From the NCBI RefSeq assembly GCF_964204865.1, contig NC_135253.1, positions 16,120,001 to 16,184,000 on the forward strand: DNA of 64,000 bases, in the 5' to 3' direction. This document shows, piece by piece, positions 27,620 through 40,666 of this stretch. Source of the stretch: Styela clava. Taxonomy: Eukaryota. The position numbers were made by a program, and so were the translations under genes. Each line of letters begins with the position of its first letter. The stretch's first letter is position 1. The notes under the pieces were generated by a model, which saw only the letters and a list, made by a program, of their open reading frames with translations, ran no database searches and was not told the DNA's origin.

Positions 27620-28093
27620 CATTACAGTCTATATATACGACTTGTACTGCATTAAAATTGTATAATAAACTTCCTAGGGAATACGTCGAAAGATAACTAT
27701 AGATTATACCTATCTGATATTCGGTCGAACTTAATGGCGCAGTAAATGCAATGAAATATTTAATGCATATTTTTTGGCTCTATGTTATTGGTGTGGTACT
27801 ACTAAAAGACAATAAATATAATAATTACAAGAAATGTTGTGAGTTTTTCAGCGACACCGTTCAATACCGCAGCCATACATGGATGGACGGTATTTCTATG
27901 ACTAATCAAGTCAGGCCGATTTTTTGGATCGGAATAGAGTTGTGTGCAAAAAATGGATAAAAACCGGCTGATAAATCGTTCTTTAAAATAACGAAGGTAC
28001 CTCACAATTTGCGGATTAACGATGCCTACTCGAAAAGATCTTTTCTGTCCGTTGTGATTGTTAGTTCAATACAAAAAAGCGATGTTGAATATA

Positions 28094-28385
28094 TGGACAC
28101 GAAAGCCAAAACGAAGTATTGTGAGTATGTAATCTGCCACAGTAGACTATCGCGCAGGATGTGCAATTTTCAATTTTAATTACGTCATCGCACACAAAAA
28201 CTGAATCCCATAGAGCCCACAGAAATTTTTAAAAATATTAGACTTCCAACGAAAAATACAATCCTTAACCCCTGAAAATTTCAAAGCAATTGGACAGGTA
28301 GGTAATAAGAAAAGCGATTTTTTCACAAGAAGAAGAAAATAATAATGACAACAAGAACAACAGCAACATAATAACGAAACGTTAT
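28094..28385 (+). mobile_element. Interspersed repeat family, HINE-like (other copies ~29540-29775, ~36660-37155, partial ~7020-7160)
   Basis: Shared blocks ggacacg..ccaaaacgaagta, aatcccat..ca(c)agaaat, ctgaaaat.tcaaagc.attg and gcgattttttca followed by (aac/aag)n. The 3' ctccgtgtcca is the inverse of the 5' tggacacggag. Confidence 0.6.
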
Positions 28386-29835
28386 ATATATATATTTCGC
28401 TTCCAATAATAGGATTGCGATAACGTTAGTTAACACTATCGGTTGATGATGGAAAATGCGTGGACTTGCTTGACGCTTGTTTATAACAACATCATGTTTA
28501 CATAGAGCGAAAGTTATTTTTTTCTGAATATTGCAAAGGAAAAATGGTGTAAAAACAAGTTTTTGAAGTGATATGCGCATTTAACACTAGTACTGGTTAT
28601 ACGAAATGCAAAGGAGTTCGACATTTGTATTAAACTGAAATCCATTTTATTCATATTTTTGATGTTTATAATTTTGTATCGCATGATTTTTATCTGCGAA
28701 TCAACTTTAATTTAACGTTTTTTATTCCAAACTCAGTACATGACCCTGTTTTATTTTTGGGAAAATAATAAATACTTCCAAGTTAATAATTTCGGTCACG
28801 TGCCACGTAAACCCAACAAAATAACGTTCGACCGAATGAATATTTTTAATTAATAAATGTGATTTATCTAAAAACAAAATTAAAATTAACCGGCTGGTAT
28901 TCTATCATGACACTGCCACGCGTTCTGCGCTTGCGCGGATCATGGCAGGTTTCTGTTTTCGAACAGTGCGGTAGTTTAGTACTTTATTTTTTTATATATC
29001 TACACAATAATGTTGATTTTATTGTTGAAAATTTCGGAACAAATTTGAAAAAAAATAAGAAACTTCAAAAACGTCAATGAAAAATGAGCATCACGCTTGT
29101 CCTATGCTATTGTTTGTTCTGGTCCTGTTATGAAGCCTACGGAATTTTGTTCATCTGACAGAATAGATAGTTATGAAAGCGCTAGACGTTTGTGCTTCTG
29201 CAAAACTAGATGGAAAAAAAATAATTTTCTTCCTGATGTTCTGCCAACTTCTACCCGAATTGAATTTAAAATTAAATATATATTGAAATATGTATAATTA
29301 GTTAGCAATTAGATATAGTTCATTAAGCATTATGATCAAAGAATATGTTCGCCATCTTTAAACAAGTTTTGCACCAGATTTTAACAGTGGAAACCTTGTG
29401 ATAATTTTACCAATTGCTGTGAAGCTGCTGTAATTTTTGAAATATGGAACACAATAAACAATAGATAAACCTCTATAAAGGAAAAAGAAGAGTAAATAAC
29501 ATTTAAAAGAGGTAACAAAAAAGCGATACCCAGATATCTGGACACGGAGTCCAAAACGAAGTAGTACGGTATGCAATCTGTTACAGTAGACCACTGCGGT
29601 ATCGCAGTATTAGCGACTTCGCCCGGCCGCAACCGCGTTCCGCATTCTAAAAAATCTTTAATCACTAAAAATTTAAAAGTAATTTGTCCTGTAGATACTG
29701 AGGAAGGCGATTTTTTTCATAAAAATAAAAACACCAAGAACAAGAAAAAAATATCGTCCCAAATTCGCGTGTCTGTGATGCAATACCCTGTACGAAGATG
29801 TTTACAAAATCTTTCAACACTATATACGACCCGAT

Positions 29836-30302
29836 AAGTGGCGTATCTAGGGTGTGGCAGCCATGACTCGTGCGCGGGAAAGAGGCAAAAAAATTTCAAT
29901 TGTTAAATGTTTCAATAAAATAATTCCAAATTAGAAACTTTTTTACCCAAATCATAACGTACAAGTATCTCAATTCAACAACATTCGTTAAAAATTGTCA
30001 GTCAACGATCCAGGACGCATTTTTAAACCTTGCCATGGGCGCCATTTTGCGTGGATACGCCACTTGGGGCGTAGCCAGGGGGTTGAAAGTCGAGACCCCC
30101 TCCCCTTTTGAAATGTTAAAAAAGAGCATTTGAATCATATAGTAATTTACGTAGTTTGAAATGCATTTTAGACCCCTGGACTCATTAACCCCTATGTTTT
30201 ACGGCCCCCAGCAGGACTCGCTAGCTGCTGCAGTCTAAATTGAAAATTAGAAAATTCAGAATCTCCCTTATATCTTCTTCTGGCTACGTTCCTTGGCCAC
30301 TG
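29836..30302. mobile_element. Two abutting/nested hAT-type MITEs
   Basis: TIR pair agtggcgtatc / gatacgccact (29837-30064), then TIR pair gcgtagccag / ctggctacgt (~30066-30293), with gccact duplicated. Confidence 0.6.
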
Positions 30303-30506
30303 GATCAGGTACACAAGTGAAGACATATATTTTGTATCAATATGTAATTTTATTTTCAATTATCATGTTCTTTCATTGACAACACATTCGATGACATTGC
30401 CATGCAACATCTGCGAAAAGTCAGTCAGTTCAATACATTATATGCAATTACAAATGAAGCACATATTTTAAATTAGTTGTTATTCATAAATCATTCCCAG
30501 TTGCAA

Positions 30507-32956
30507 TTATTGCAGATCGGTGTTATTTATGATCCAGGTACGAACGGTGGAAAGTTTAGCCCATCCGCATGGAAGCTTGGTTGTGCATGAGCTAGGTGCC
30601 CAAGATGTTGCTCCAACCAAGGTTTTCACGCCATTGATTTCTTGTACCAACGGTCCGCCGGAATCACCCTGAAATAATCAAATTTAACGAGTAAATAAGT
30701 GTAACAAGTATAATATCAGCCAATTTATACATTTCTATTATAAACGCGTCACAAATTCAGAAAAGTGTCAAATGGCTGAACAGACAGATATGAAGGCTGG
30801 TTTAATTAAATCCCGAAGAGGCAGGAGATTACTCGAAAAAATGCGAAGACACTTTTCTTAATAAGTAATGATCTGACAAGTAAATACAACCCCAAGCACC
30901 AAGTGAAATTTATAGATGAATGGGAATTTATTTTGGCTTTCAGTGGTAGTCGAATTGAATTCCCTGAGAGCCGACAGTCATTTATCATATATATAATTAC
31001 AACGTTATAATGAATTACATGGTTGCCAATATATGTACATTGCCTGTTTAAAATCTTCTCCCTGAGTTAATAGTGCAAGTTTCATATTTTTGTACAATTT
31101 ATCTATTAAATATATTTACGCAGAAACCCTCGTCATAATTTCAGCTTTTAGTAGTTGTGTTATATCACTCTTACCATGCAAACACCTTGGTTACTTAAAG
31201 CCCCGCCTCCTGCACAGATCATGGATTCTGACTGGTATGAAGTTCCCCAGTAATTAGTACACTGGGTATCAGATAAGATTGAAATGTCTGCATATCGAAG
31301 CATGTTCGGCAACTCGTTGTCCGGGTCCGATTGTGCCTCGTAGTAGATGTAACCCCATCCCGACGTATGACCGGCTCCAGTGAACTGCGCATCGGAACTC
31401 TCAAAACTGGGGATGGCAATTGGTGCAATCTGACAAAAACAAAAAGTAAATATACGAAGTGTTTGGTCTACTGGTCTTACTGCACAAACTAAATGACATT
31501 GATGATAAAAAGCTGATGTTTTAAGATCGCCATCAAAAATTCAAGTTCATGTCACACAAAACTCGTTCGTTTGAACTTGTCTTCTATATAATTTTTGTTT
31601 AATACAAAAGTCTACAAATGTTAAATAAGCTTTATTAGTACATAAATTACCGCAATTGACTTTACGGCACTGGTTGTACAAATACTTACGTTCGTATTAC
31701 CGAAATTGAGTTGATCAGCTAGTTTAATGATGCCATAATCCCAAGATATAGAACTGGAGTCGTAACTGGGATGTGCCAAAAATGTCTCCACGGTGTATCG
31801 TTCTCCACCATTGAACTTGTCAACCGATCCAGCATATACAGTCACGCGGCTCGGCCTAAATTGCAGTGCCGGTAAAATGTAAAAGAGTTCGGCAGGGAGA
31901 AATAAGTGAAAAAATAGGAAGATGACGGAAAGAATGATAACAAAAAAGAATGAGAAGGAAAAACAAAGTGGTGAATAGAAGGAATGATTATGACGAAAAG
32001 TCAAAATATTTTCAAAATTGAATAAATAATTTGAAACCTACAGTTTTTGGCAATGCGCAGCTGTCATGATATAATTTTGCGAAATGACAGATCCACCACA
32101 AAAATGCCAGTATGCATCACCGCTTGGGTTTTGAAGAGATACCTGGATGAAAAAAAATAAATAAAAAATCAGAATTCTCTCCTGTACACAATCTTCATTT
32201 CATTGAAATCACTTTCTCGGCTATTTTAAAAACATCACAGCTTTTATCAAAGCATGTGTTAAATGTTCGAATTTGCCGTCTCTTGTACGTACCTGCCACG
32301 GATATGCTCCCGATTCGGCAAAATCTCCATTTATGACTTTCTGGTCTCCAGTTGGTAGACCTGTAATTTATCCAAAATAAACCATGCAAATAGTTAATTT
32401 TTAATTGAAAGTAGTAAATTTTGTAATATGACTATTATACAAGTACAAATTGACATTGTGAATTCACCATAATATTCCATAACTACCTTGTCATTTCAAT
32501 ATATCTCAATAATATAGTATGGTCAACAAAATGTATGAATTTCCTAAAACTCATTTTGTCTAGAGTAGACATTGATCATAACATTCAGTACTTCTTTAAA
32601 GCATTGTAATAAAATTGCTCATGTTGCTAATGGTTCAATTAAGAATATGTTTGTATCTCAATGCCAGCTCAAGTATTTCCATACCCAATGAATATATATA
32701 TATAAACAACATTCATTCTACAAAACTGAATATCATTACTTAGTCCACAAAAGATGAACGTCAAAATTTCTTGTTTATTTTAATGAATATTGAATTTGAA
32801 ATGAGAGATTGTTGTTGTTTTTAAAAAAATTCTGGTTTTTTATACAAAAAGCATAAATGTGTAAGTTACAGATTCAGCTGAAAAAATTTGAGATTTCATG
32901 ATTAGCTTACCAAAAGCAGCGCCAACTAAGGCGAAGATTAGAGTAGCTTTCAACAT
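30507..32956 (-). CDS. Chymotrypsin-like S1 serine protease, diverged paralog C (exons 32956-32911, 32360-32293, 32142-32042, 31855-31690, 31429-31175, 30668-30507)
   Basis: Signal peptide [31 protein letters not shown] and GDSGGP. Intron positions match copies A and B. Confidence 0.95.
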
Positions 32957-34760
32957 CTTTCGTCGTTCCGCTGACAAAATTCTCATCAACTGCGAGTCGA
33001 GAGGATTATACTTCCTTTATATATACTGTAGATCGGTAGCTACATTTCAAAGAATCCTATTAGACATGATGCGTGCTGTAAAAGAAGACAAACGTCACAT
33101 TTGTTATTATATCTATTATATCTCTCTGCGAAAACAGTCGTATTTTCTGTATTTACAAATAGAAAAAGTCGCTAGAAGACTATTACATGTTTTTCTAGAA
33201 TGTTCCCCAACGGAGTCCAATATATGAGCCCAAGTATTGTTGTTTTCATAATTCAAAAGCATATCTTCATATTACATTCGGTAAAATTCTTTCTACTTTT
33301 TATATGACATTCGCTACAATTATTGTCATTTAACTTTCGTGTTCATTTGTTTTATGGCTTGTTTGATTTCATAACGTGTTTTTGAAATATTATTTGTTTC
33401 GCCATGATCTAAAATGATGAGCGGTTTCACTCGCGCAAAATAATTTGAGCTGAAATTTTACCGCTTCTAGAGTTTCCTCACAAAACTTTCAGTTTATTTG
33501 GCAATTATAAGATATTGAATGTCACATTTTCATCTCAGGCCAATCTTGAATATTATACTAGTGGTAATGCCAAAATGAGTGACGCACGAATTCCGATATG
33601 TTCAGTTCTCACGCTCAACTTTAAGCAAACTTAACATCAAAAATAGTTTTGAATATTTATTCAAGGAAAGTGTTTTATACAACCCTTACCTAAAATATCG
33701 GCAATATAGAACCATTGGTAACAGTGTAAATAGATACGAGATAAGACTAATAGATAGATGTGGAATTGGGAACTAACTGCTAGCAAAAACGCAGCATTCT
33801 TGAATATTCTATGATTGGAAAACGTTATTGCCTAATATAGTCCAATATTATATGGCATTTCGTCGACTTGGTTTATTGAGATGATTTTCATGTACTATTT
33901 CTTCATTTTTCAGTAGATAAGCATACCGTTACCACTTCATAAAACTCTCGATTCAATGAATAATTTATATATTTCCGGTAGAATACCTTCTTCTTGTGAC
34001 CATTACACAATATACACAAAAATTAAAGTTTTACCTGATTGAAAATGCTTCAATTTTACTTGGCATAAACTATATTTTTGGGGTGCATATAAGTACGACG
34101 AGTGCATATTTTGTTCATCTGAATCCCAAATGAGCAATTGTTTCGTCAGTCACACCTTATGCTGGTGGTGTGAGGTTCATGAGCACACGCCAAAAGTTCT
34201 TACCATGTCACTACTTTCCACTCGTCTACATGTTTCCAAATGGAATTTATTTATCCGAATGATATACCTTACTCCGTTCTATCGAAGATCGTTGTTTGAT
34301 TTCAGGTTTGCTTTGTTACATATAAGTTTGGTGCCTGTTCGACTGTGCATTTCTTTTCGTCGTACAGATCTTGTACCGAGATCTACAATTTGCAAGACAT
34401 GTCCGCTACATGGCGTACTGATCGTTACGTTTATAACAAAAGATCAATGCTCGTATATGATGACGCGGAGGCAAAACTAAATATTTAATCATCAATTTCC
34501 CGAAAATAATATGCGGTAACTTACCAGGAGCCGCATCGGGAGGTGAACAACTCGACTACACGGATGACTTAGCAGAGGCAACTCAACTACCCGGGGTATC
34601 GGGCCGATACTGTCGGCAACGGTACAGGGACTGACATAGCTTTTCCAGGTCCTGTGACGATGATCGATTCTTCATGATTCGATTTCGACGGGAATTGAAA
34701 TATTAACTGATCCGAGTCACATTTGTATTACCAGATCAGGTGAGTGGGGTTGGTAACGTG

Positions 34761-34946
34761 ATATACATATACAGCCAAGAATATACATATAGCGCCAACT
34801 AAATATACATATAGCGCCAACTAAATATCCATATACAGCCAACTAAATATCCATATACAGTCAATTAATATCCAAATACAGCCATTTAAGTGATGTACAA
34901 ATACTGCCAAGTCATATGCATGTACAGCCAATTGGATATACATATG
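34761..34946. repeat. Minisatellite, ~20-22 bp unit (atatacatatacagccaactaa), about 9 degenerating copies
   Basis: Direct tandem units are visible, with no unique spacers. Confidence 0.85.
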
Positions 34947-36229
34947 ATATAATAAGTGTGTTATATATATAATATTTTTTGAGTTTTCGATTTGAGTAAA
35001 TAAATATGAAACATGCGCTCGTTCAACCCAAGGGGAAATCTCACCAATACCTCTTTTAATCGAGTTTATTACGTGCAATCCTTTCTCTAAAAAGGGAGCA
35101 ATGGAAAGCATGGAGCGTTTTAGAACGTTTACATGAACTACTAAATTGCAAGCATTGTATTGACGACGAGTGGCATCTCTCTACCATTTGCACACGCGAC
35201 ATAGTAAATTTAAGGCTAGAAATATCTGAAATTATGGGAAAGCATTGTAGTCAAAAGCTTTTTATTTTTCTATTTGACATGTAAGAATTTCTAAATAGCC
35301 GCCCAGAATTGACGCAAGGTGGTGGGCTTGAAATCCAGTTCACAGCCAAGGCGCTCATTGACCCACGTTTACGTTTGTATTATGGCCGCCAAAAAAGACG
35401 AAAAATATATTTTTAAATTGATTCAACAGCTATCTGCGGAACCATTAGGCAAAAATATGAGCTACGACGTATGTTTGTGAGCGCGCGATGCTGTAGTATG
35501 GTCGAAAACGTGTTTTTCTATTTTTACATTGTGACGTCACGGACTCGGAGGATTCGATTCGAGTCCCTGACCTATTACTCGGATTCGTCGAATCTCTGTA
35601 ATGTCGGACTCGTCCCATCCCTACCAACGACGACATTGAAAATCTCTTTTGGTTATTCGGTTTTTTTTATTATTTGGTTTTCTTTGGTTATTTTGTCAAC
35701 AAACTAATCAAATTAAAGTTTGGTGCAAACTATCATTACTCACATTACATATTGATTATTCGAGAAAGCATCGCCAGATTTATGTTTATATGAGGAGACC
35801 ATACTCGTTGACGCATTGGAGTAGTGTGCTTACGCTTACAGAAACTCCATAACGGCTATTGATTGAAATATATAAAAAATGACTTGCAACTAGCGTAAAG
35901 TAGATATAATATTGATATGAGCATCATTCCATGATATGAACATCATTCAGCGGTAAGCCTTTACAATTTGCCTGTGCATAATAAGACATGAAGTTGTCGG
36001 TGCATGTGGTTAAGAAAGAAATTAAGTTAAAAAATTGAATCCAAGCTATCAGTTTGTTAAATAAAAAAACTATTCAACTGAAAATGTCATTTATTATATG
36101 CAAAGACCAGAAAAATATGAAAATGCCATTGACATGAGAATGAAACGGTAGTAATGCTGAAATAGGTTATATATAGTATATACAACAATCCTGGCAAATA
36201 AAAAGCATAATAATTTAGATGTGGTAAAG

Positions 36230-36602
36230 CAATGGTTCTTAAATCTTTGTGATAAGACGTCTTTGTAAAAACTCCCCGCGCATGCGACGCACTAGTGAGA
36301 AAATATTTGAAAACAAAATGATAAAAACACTGAAAATCAAGTTTGTTTATCTTTATGAGACGTGAGGACTTAGCAATGTTATGGAATATTCGTTATTCAA
36401 GAAAATTCACAAAGTTCTCGGATTCACTAAATTGAACTAATCTTACACTGAACTCAGTAATTATTGACTACAGTTATGTAATAGTTTATTCAAATATGCA
36501 TACCTACAGTCAGTAGAGCATGACTTGCCAATTAAATATTTGTGCGACGCAAAATTAAAATGACTCGTCAGTGCGCCGTGTCGCACCATTCGAAAACTCC
36601 TG
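36230..36602. mobile_element. hAT MITE, old
   Basis: Degenerate TIR caatggttcttaaa / ttcgaaaactcctg and TSD tggtaaag/ttgtaaag. Confidence 0.6.
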
Positions 36603-36895
36603 TTGTAAAGAAATAAGATAATATTTTAGAGCACTAAAATGGCACAACATTATATTCAGGTACCGCAATCCACCGTTCCCCATGAAAAAATTCCCACTTT
36701 CGCTAAACACGAGATCCGCTGATATTCGTTCACGGATTCGTCACAAGGTGCGCTCATAGCACACAAAATCGAATCCCATGAGCTTCCAGAAATATTTTAA
36801 ATAAATAAAAGTAATAGCCTTCTAGCAAAAAAGCAATCTTCAACCACTGAAAATGTCAAAGCTATTGACCCAGTAATCAAAAAAGACGATTTTTT

Positions 36896-37006
36896 GGTGC
36901 TCCGAAAGTATGTGCACCAAGATGTCGCACAACCTGAATCCTAACCGGTACTCACACACTATGTTCAGGTTGTGCGCCATCTTGGTGCGCATACTTCTGG
37001 AGGTCC
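36896..37006. mobile_element. Merlin-like mini-MITE nested in a HINE-like repeat
   Basis: GG...CC termini, ~40-bp inverted arms (aagtatgtgcaccaagatgtcgcacaacctgaa), and 8-bp TSD gatttttt on both sides. Confidence 0.85.
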
Positions 37007-37539
37007 GATTTTTTTCATAACGATAGGAAGAAAAATATCATAATAAAGAACAAAAACAACAACAACATAATAAGAAATCGTTCCACGGGTCCACTCCGTG
37101 TCCAACTAAAACAACATGAAAACAAAATGTCCATCCGTCCACTCCGTGTTCAATAAACTGTAAGTAAATTTCTATGCCGTAACTAGTTGGTTTGCTTTGT
37201 AGGCGAAGTTCATACCACGACATAAGTTTAAATAAACAGCGTCAACTGCATAGCATATGTCTGTATCACACGATCAAAATAGCAGCTCAAACTACCAAGA
37301 TATCTACATCCGCAAACAACAGTAGGAATAGCGTGCAAAGCATCATATGACTGAATGGAAAAGTCCAGAACTTTATCGTATATTACCCAATCAATCTTGA
37401 GAAATTCGTGCTCAGATCAGTTTTTTCAGTGCAATTAAATTATAATTTCTAAAATTTACAAAACTAGAAATTCATTTGCAGTAAACGGAATCTAGGATCA
37501 ATGATGAAATAGCAATTTCGGCCAAATAACACATTAGCC

Positions 37540-38414
37540 CAGGGTGGCCCAAACAGCAGCCCGCGGACACATTCCGTGCGCCCCGCAGAACATTATTGAG
37601 TTATTTTCAAACTATTCCAACTGAGAATATCCCTTTTTGTCAAAATCACGGAATTTCATTGTTGTTTCTATAAACGTCAAAACGGCGCCAATATGGAGAT
37701 GGCGTTCTGTGAGCTGTGATCGGTACAAGGAGAATGAATTGTCTTGTGCAAACATGACCAAGCCGATGAGATGAGTCGCGCTTTTTATCTAAATTTCGAA
37801 CCTTAAGCTCGCGTTAAATAACTTCTCATTTGGAGAGACGTTTTGTGCCTTTATTTTAGTAAAAACACTCCTCTATTTTCAAGCGTTGGCCGTGTGAAAG
37901 CAGTGACAGAACAGCAGCTTACTTAGCGCCGCGCGATCCAGTTTTTTTTTTTAGCTGGGTCCGGAGTCCGAACTTAGACGGACTTGGTTGTTCTTTGACG
38001 ATAGCACCAAGCCCTTTACCGCTACGAATAATAAAATTAGTCAAATATAACAATTCACCATGCAATGAGTGTAAAAAAGATGACCGACTTGTCACGTAAG
38101 AATATTATTTTAAGCGACATTACAAAACCAAACACGAGAAAAAATACCGAAAATATAGAAAAATATAAAAAAAAATACCGAAAATACCACGGTATTTCTC
38201 GAGAAGCAATTTTAAAATAACTAAAGGCTTGATATATCTTCCTTAAAAAAAAACTGATTAGAACGTTAAACTCCCATTCCTATATATATATTAAATTTAA
38301 AATGGGTAAACTCGTGATGTTTTGATCATTTTTTGTGTTTTCTCCGACTGCGAACCGCGAGACATCCTCAAAAGTTTTTGCGGCCCTCCAACCTCGCATC
38401 CTTGGACCACCCTG
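37540..38414. mobile_element. hAT non-autonomous element (related partial copy ~47080-47594)
   Basis: TIR cagggtggcccaa / ttggaccaccctg with a flanking attagcc duplication. Internal blocks are shared with 47080-47594. Confidence 0.8.
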
Positions 38415-40666
38415 ATTAGCCAAAATGTGCCACAGATTGTAAACCGGATTATTTTCTGGAACAGTGCTTCCCAACTGCCAGTTCTCGGCTGGTGCAGGCA
38501 GGTTGTTAAATCTTGCAAGTGCCTAAAATCTAAAGATACATGAATATTATCAGAATAGGATGATGAAATAAACAATTCGTGGAACAAAGGCAAAAATATG
38601 AGGCATTTTGTGTCTCATTTATAATTTCGCTTATAGGAAATATGAAAGTATTTACTGACAGATACGAAAATTACACGATACAAAATGTATTAAATACTGA
38701 TCAATATTTGCATTCCAATATATATGAATCGAAAAAAATGTTATTAAATTTAAATAGGTGCCAGTTTGGTATGCGATTCCAGCGTCATAAAACTACTTTG
38801 GTACTTGCGCTTGCTTAACATGATCTAAATCGCATAACTAAGTGGAACCGTTTAAATGTATTTTCAAGATGCATTTTGACAATAAGTAAATGTGAATTTT
38901 CATTTGAATGTAAACAAGCATTCAAAAATTCGAAATTTGTTTTCTTCAAACAATGTTGCATGAGAATCCTCCACATGCATTGTACTTGGTCATTGAACAT
39001 TGATTGACCTTACCAGCTTCTGACGCAGATATTCCAATTACGCCAAAATAAAAGAACGGTTCTCTAATTGGTGCGGATTATTTTATAACGTAATCGTAGT
39101 GAGGCTTACAAATATTTTAAATTTTACCCCAATCTCCTGATCCATGTGATTGTAAAGGGTATTAGAGTATTATTAACAGTTGTTCTTTGTTGCGCTCGTA
39201 AATCAATTTCGTACACGTTAAACTTGATTGTGACGACTTTTATATCGTTTTATTATTAGGCGCCCTATCGTCCAGGAAAGAATAATGAAATTTAAAACCC
39301 AACAATCAATAGAACTAGTAGAATCTCAAAATACTTGAACCTTCGAAGGTTATCAAAGTCGGAATCATCAATATTATAAAAAGATTACATTTATTGCAAT
39401 GAAGATAAAGATTAAATTGACCGCAAATAGGTATTATCTTATATTCAGACAGTGTGAAATAGAATGTATTCAAGATGTCTCCCGTACAACTTTATACTTT
39501 TGACACTGATGGAAGGGTTGAACGTACAGACGTAATCACCAAACAGCAATTTTTCTAGTACCATCTTTTACAATGAACACATTTTTTGCATTCGTAAAAC
39601 TCGACATTATATAAAACAAATATATCATATAACAGATATGTATTAACAAGGAGCAAAACAAAGAAATACCAAAACGCGCGACAGATGCCTCGAGGCATCG
39701 ACTAGCTTCTTCGCCTCCGTAAGAATGGCTAATCAGCAAGGTGTGAACAGTGACGTAACATACGAGCATATGTTCATCGATGTGATGTTTTGTGATATAA
39801 TATATGTTCATTTTTCGAGTTTTCATGAATAAGTTATACAATATGCAAGTTGACGACAATATTTTTACTAATTACCTTCATGTACATGTCATAGCCACGT
39901 GCCGACCATATTCAAAAATTTTGCTCGATACACACGTTATTATTCAATAGGGTGGGCGTTTGACCAGTGTAAATAGTCTCTCTCATTTGTCTTGATATCA
40001 ATTAAATACTGTCAAATCGTCTGTCAACCATGGTGACGCGCAATGACCACGCCTCCGACCCCCTGGTTACGCCCATGCACCACACTAACCTTCTACTAAA
40101 TCAGTGTTAAGACGTAATCGTTAGTTCTGAGGAGTGACCATTGAAGGTAATGTAAATATTTATTATCAATGATTGACCATGCCATCGGGGTATAATCTCA
40201 GGGCTGAGGTTTTCCATATGCTTGAATTAATGTATTGTAATTTGTCTTCCTCATTAATAAAATAACACAGGAACAATCAATACATCATATATAACTAGAA
40301 TTACAAAAATGTGTGATTAGATTTATAAATTTCAGAACATAACAACATTTTACATCGGCGCAAGACACAAAGAAAACGAGAAATGACGCAATGACTAATC
40401 ACATTTTTATTTCTAGAAGGATTAAACTGTTTGGTTCGCTGAATAACACAGGGCTTAAAGCGAAACGTACAGCGAAAATCAATAGTCTCGTCCGCGTAAC
40501 ACTATATGAGAGGGAAGTCATGTGACAGCGGGGTTAATATCGTTTATGTCTTTCGCGCGAGAGGATTGCGTCACAGATAGAGGTCGAAAGTGCTATAACA
40601 GACTGTAACGTGAATTTATAGTAATATTCTTGTTGTATTTATTTCAAATACAGCGTATAGATAGAA

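Noticed and set aside
34761-34946. Tandem array as CRISPR
   Set aside because: No unique spacers, no cas genes, and a eukaryotic context; it is a minisatellite.
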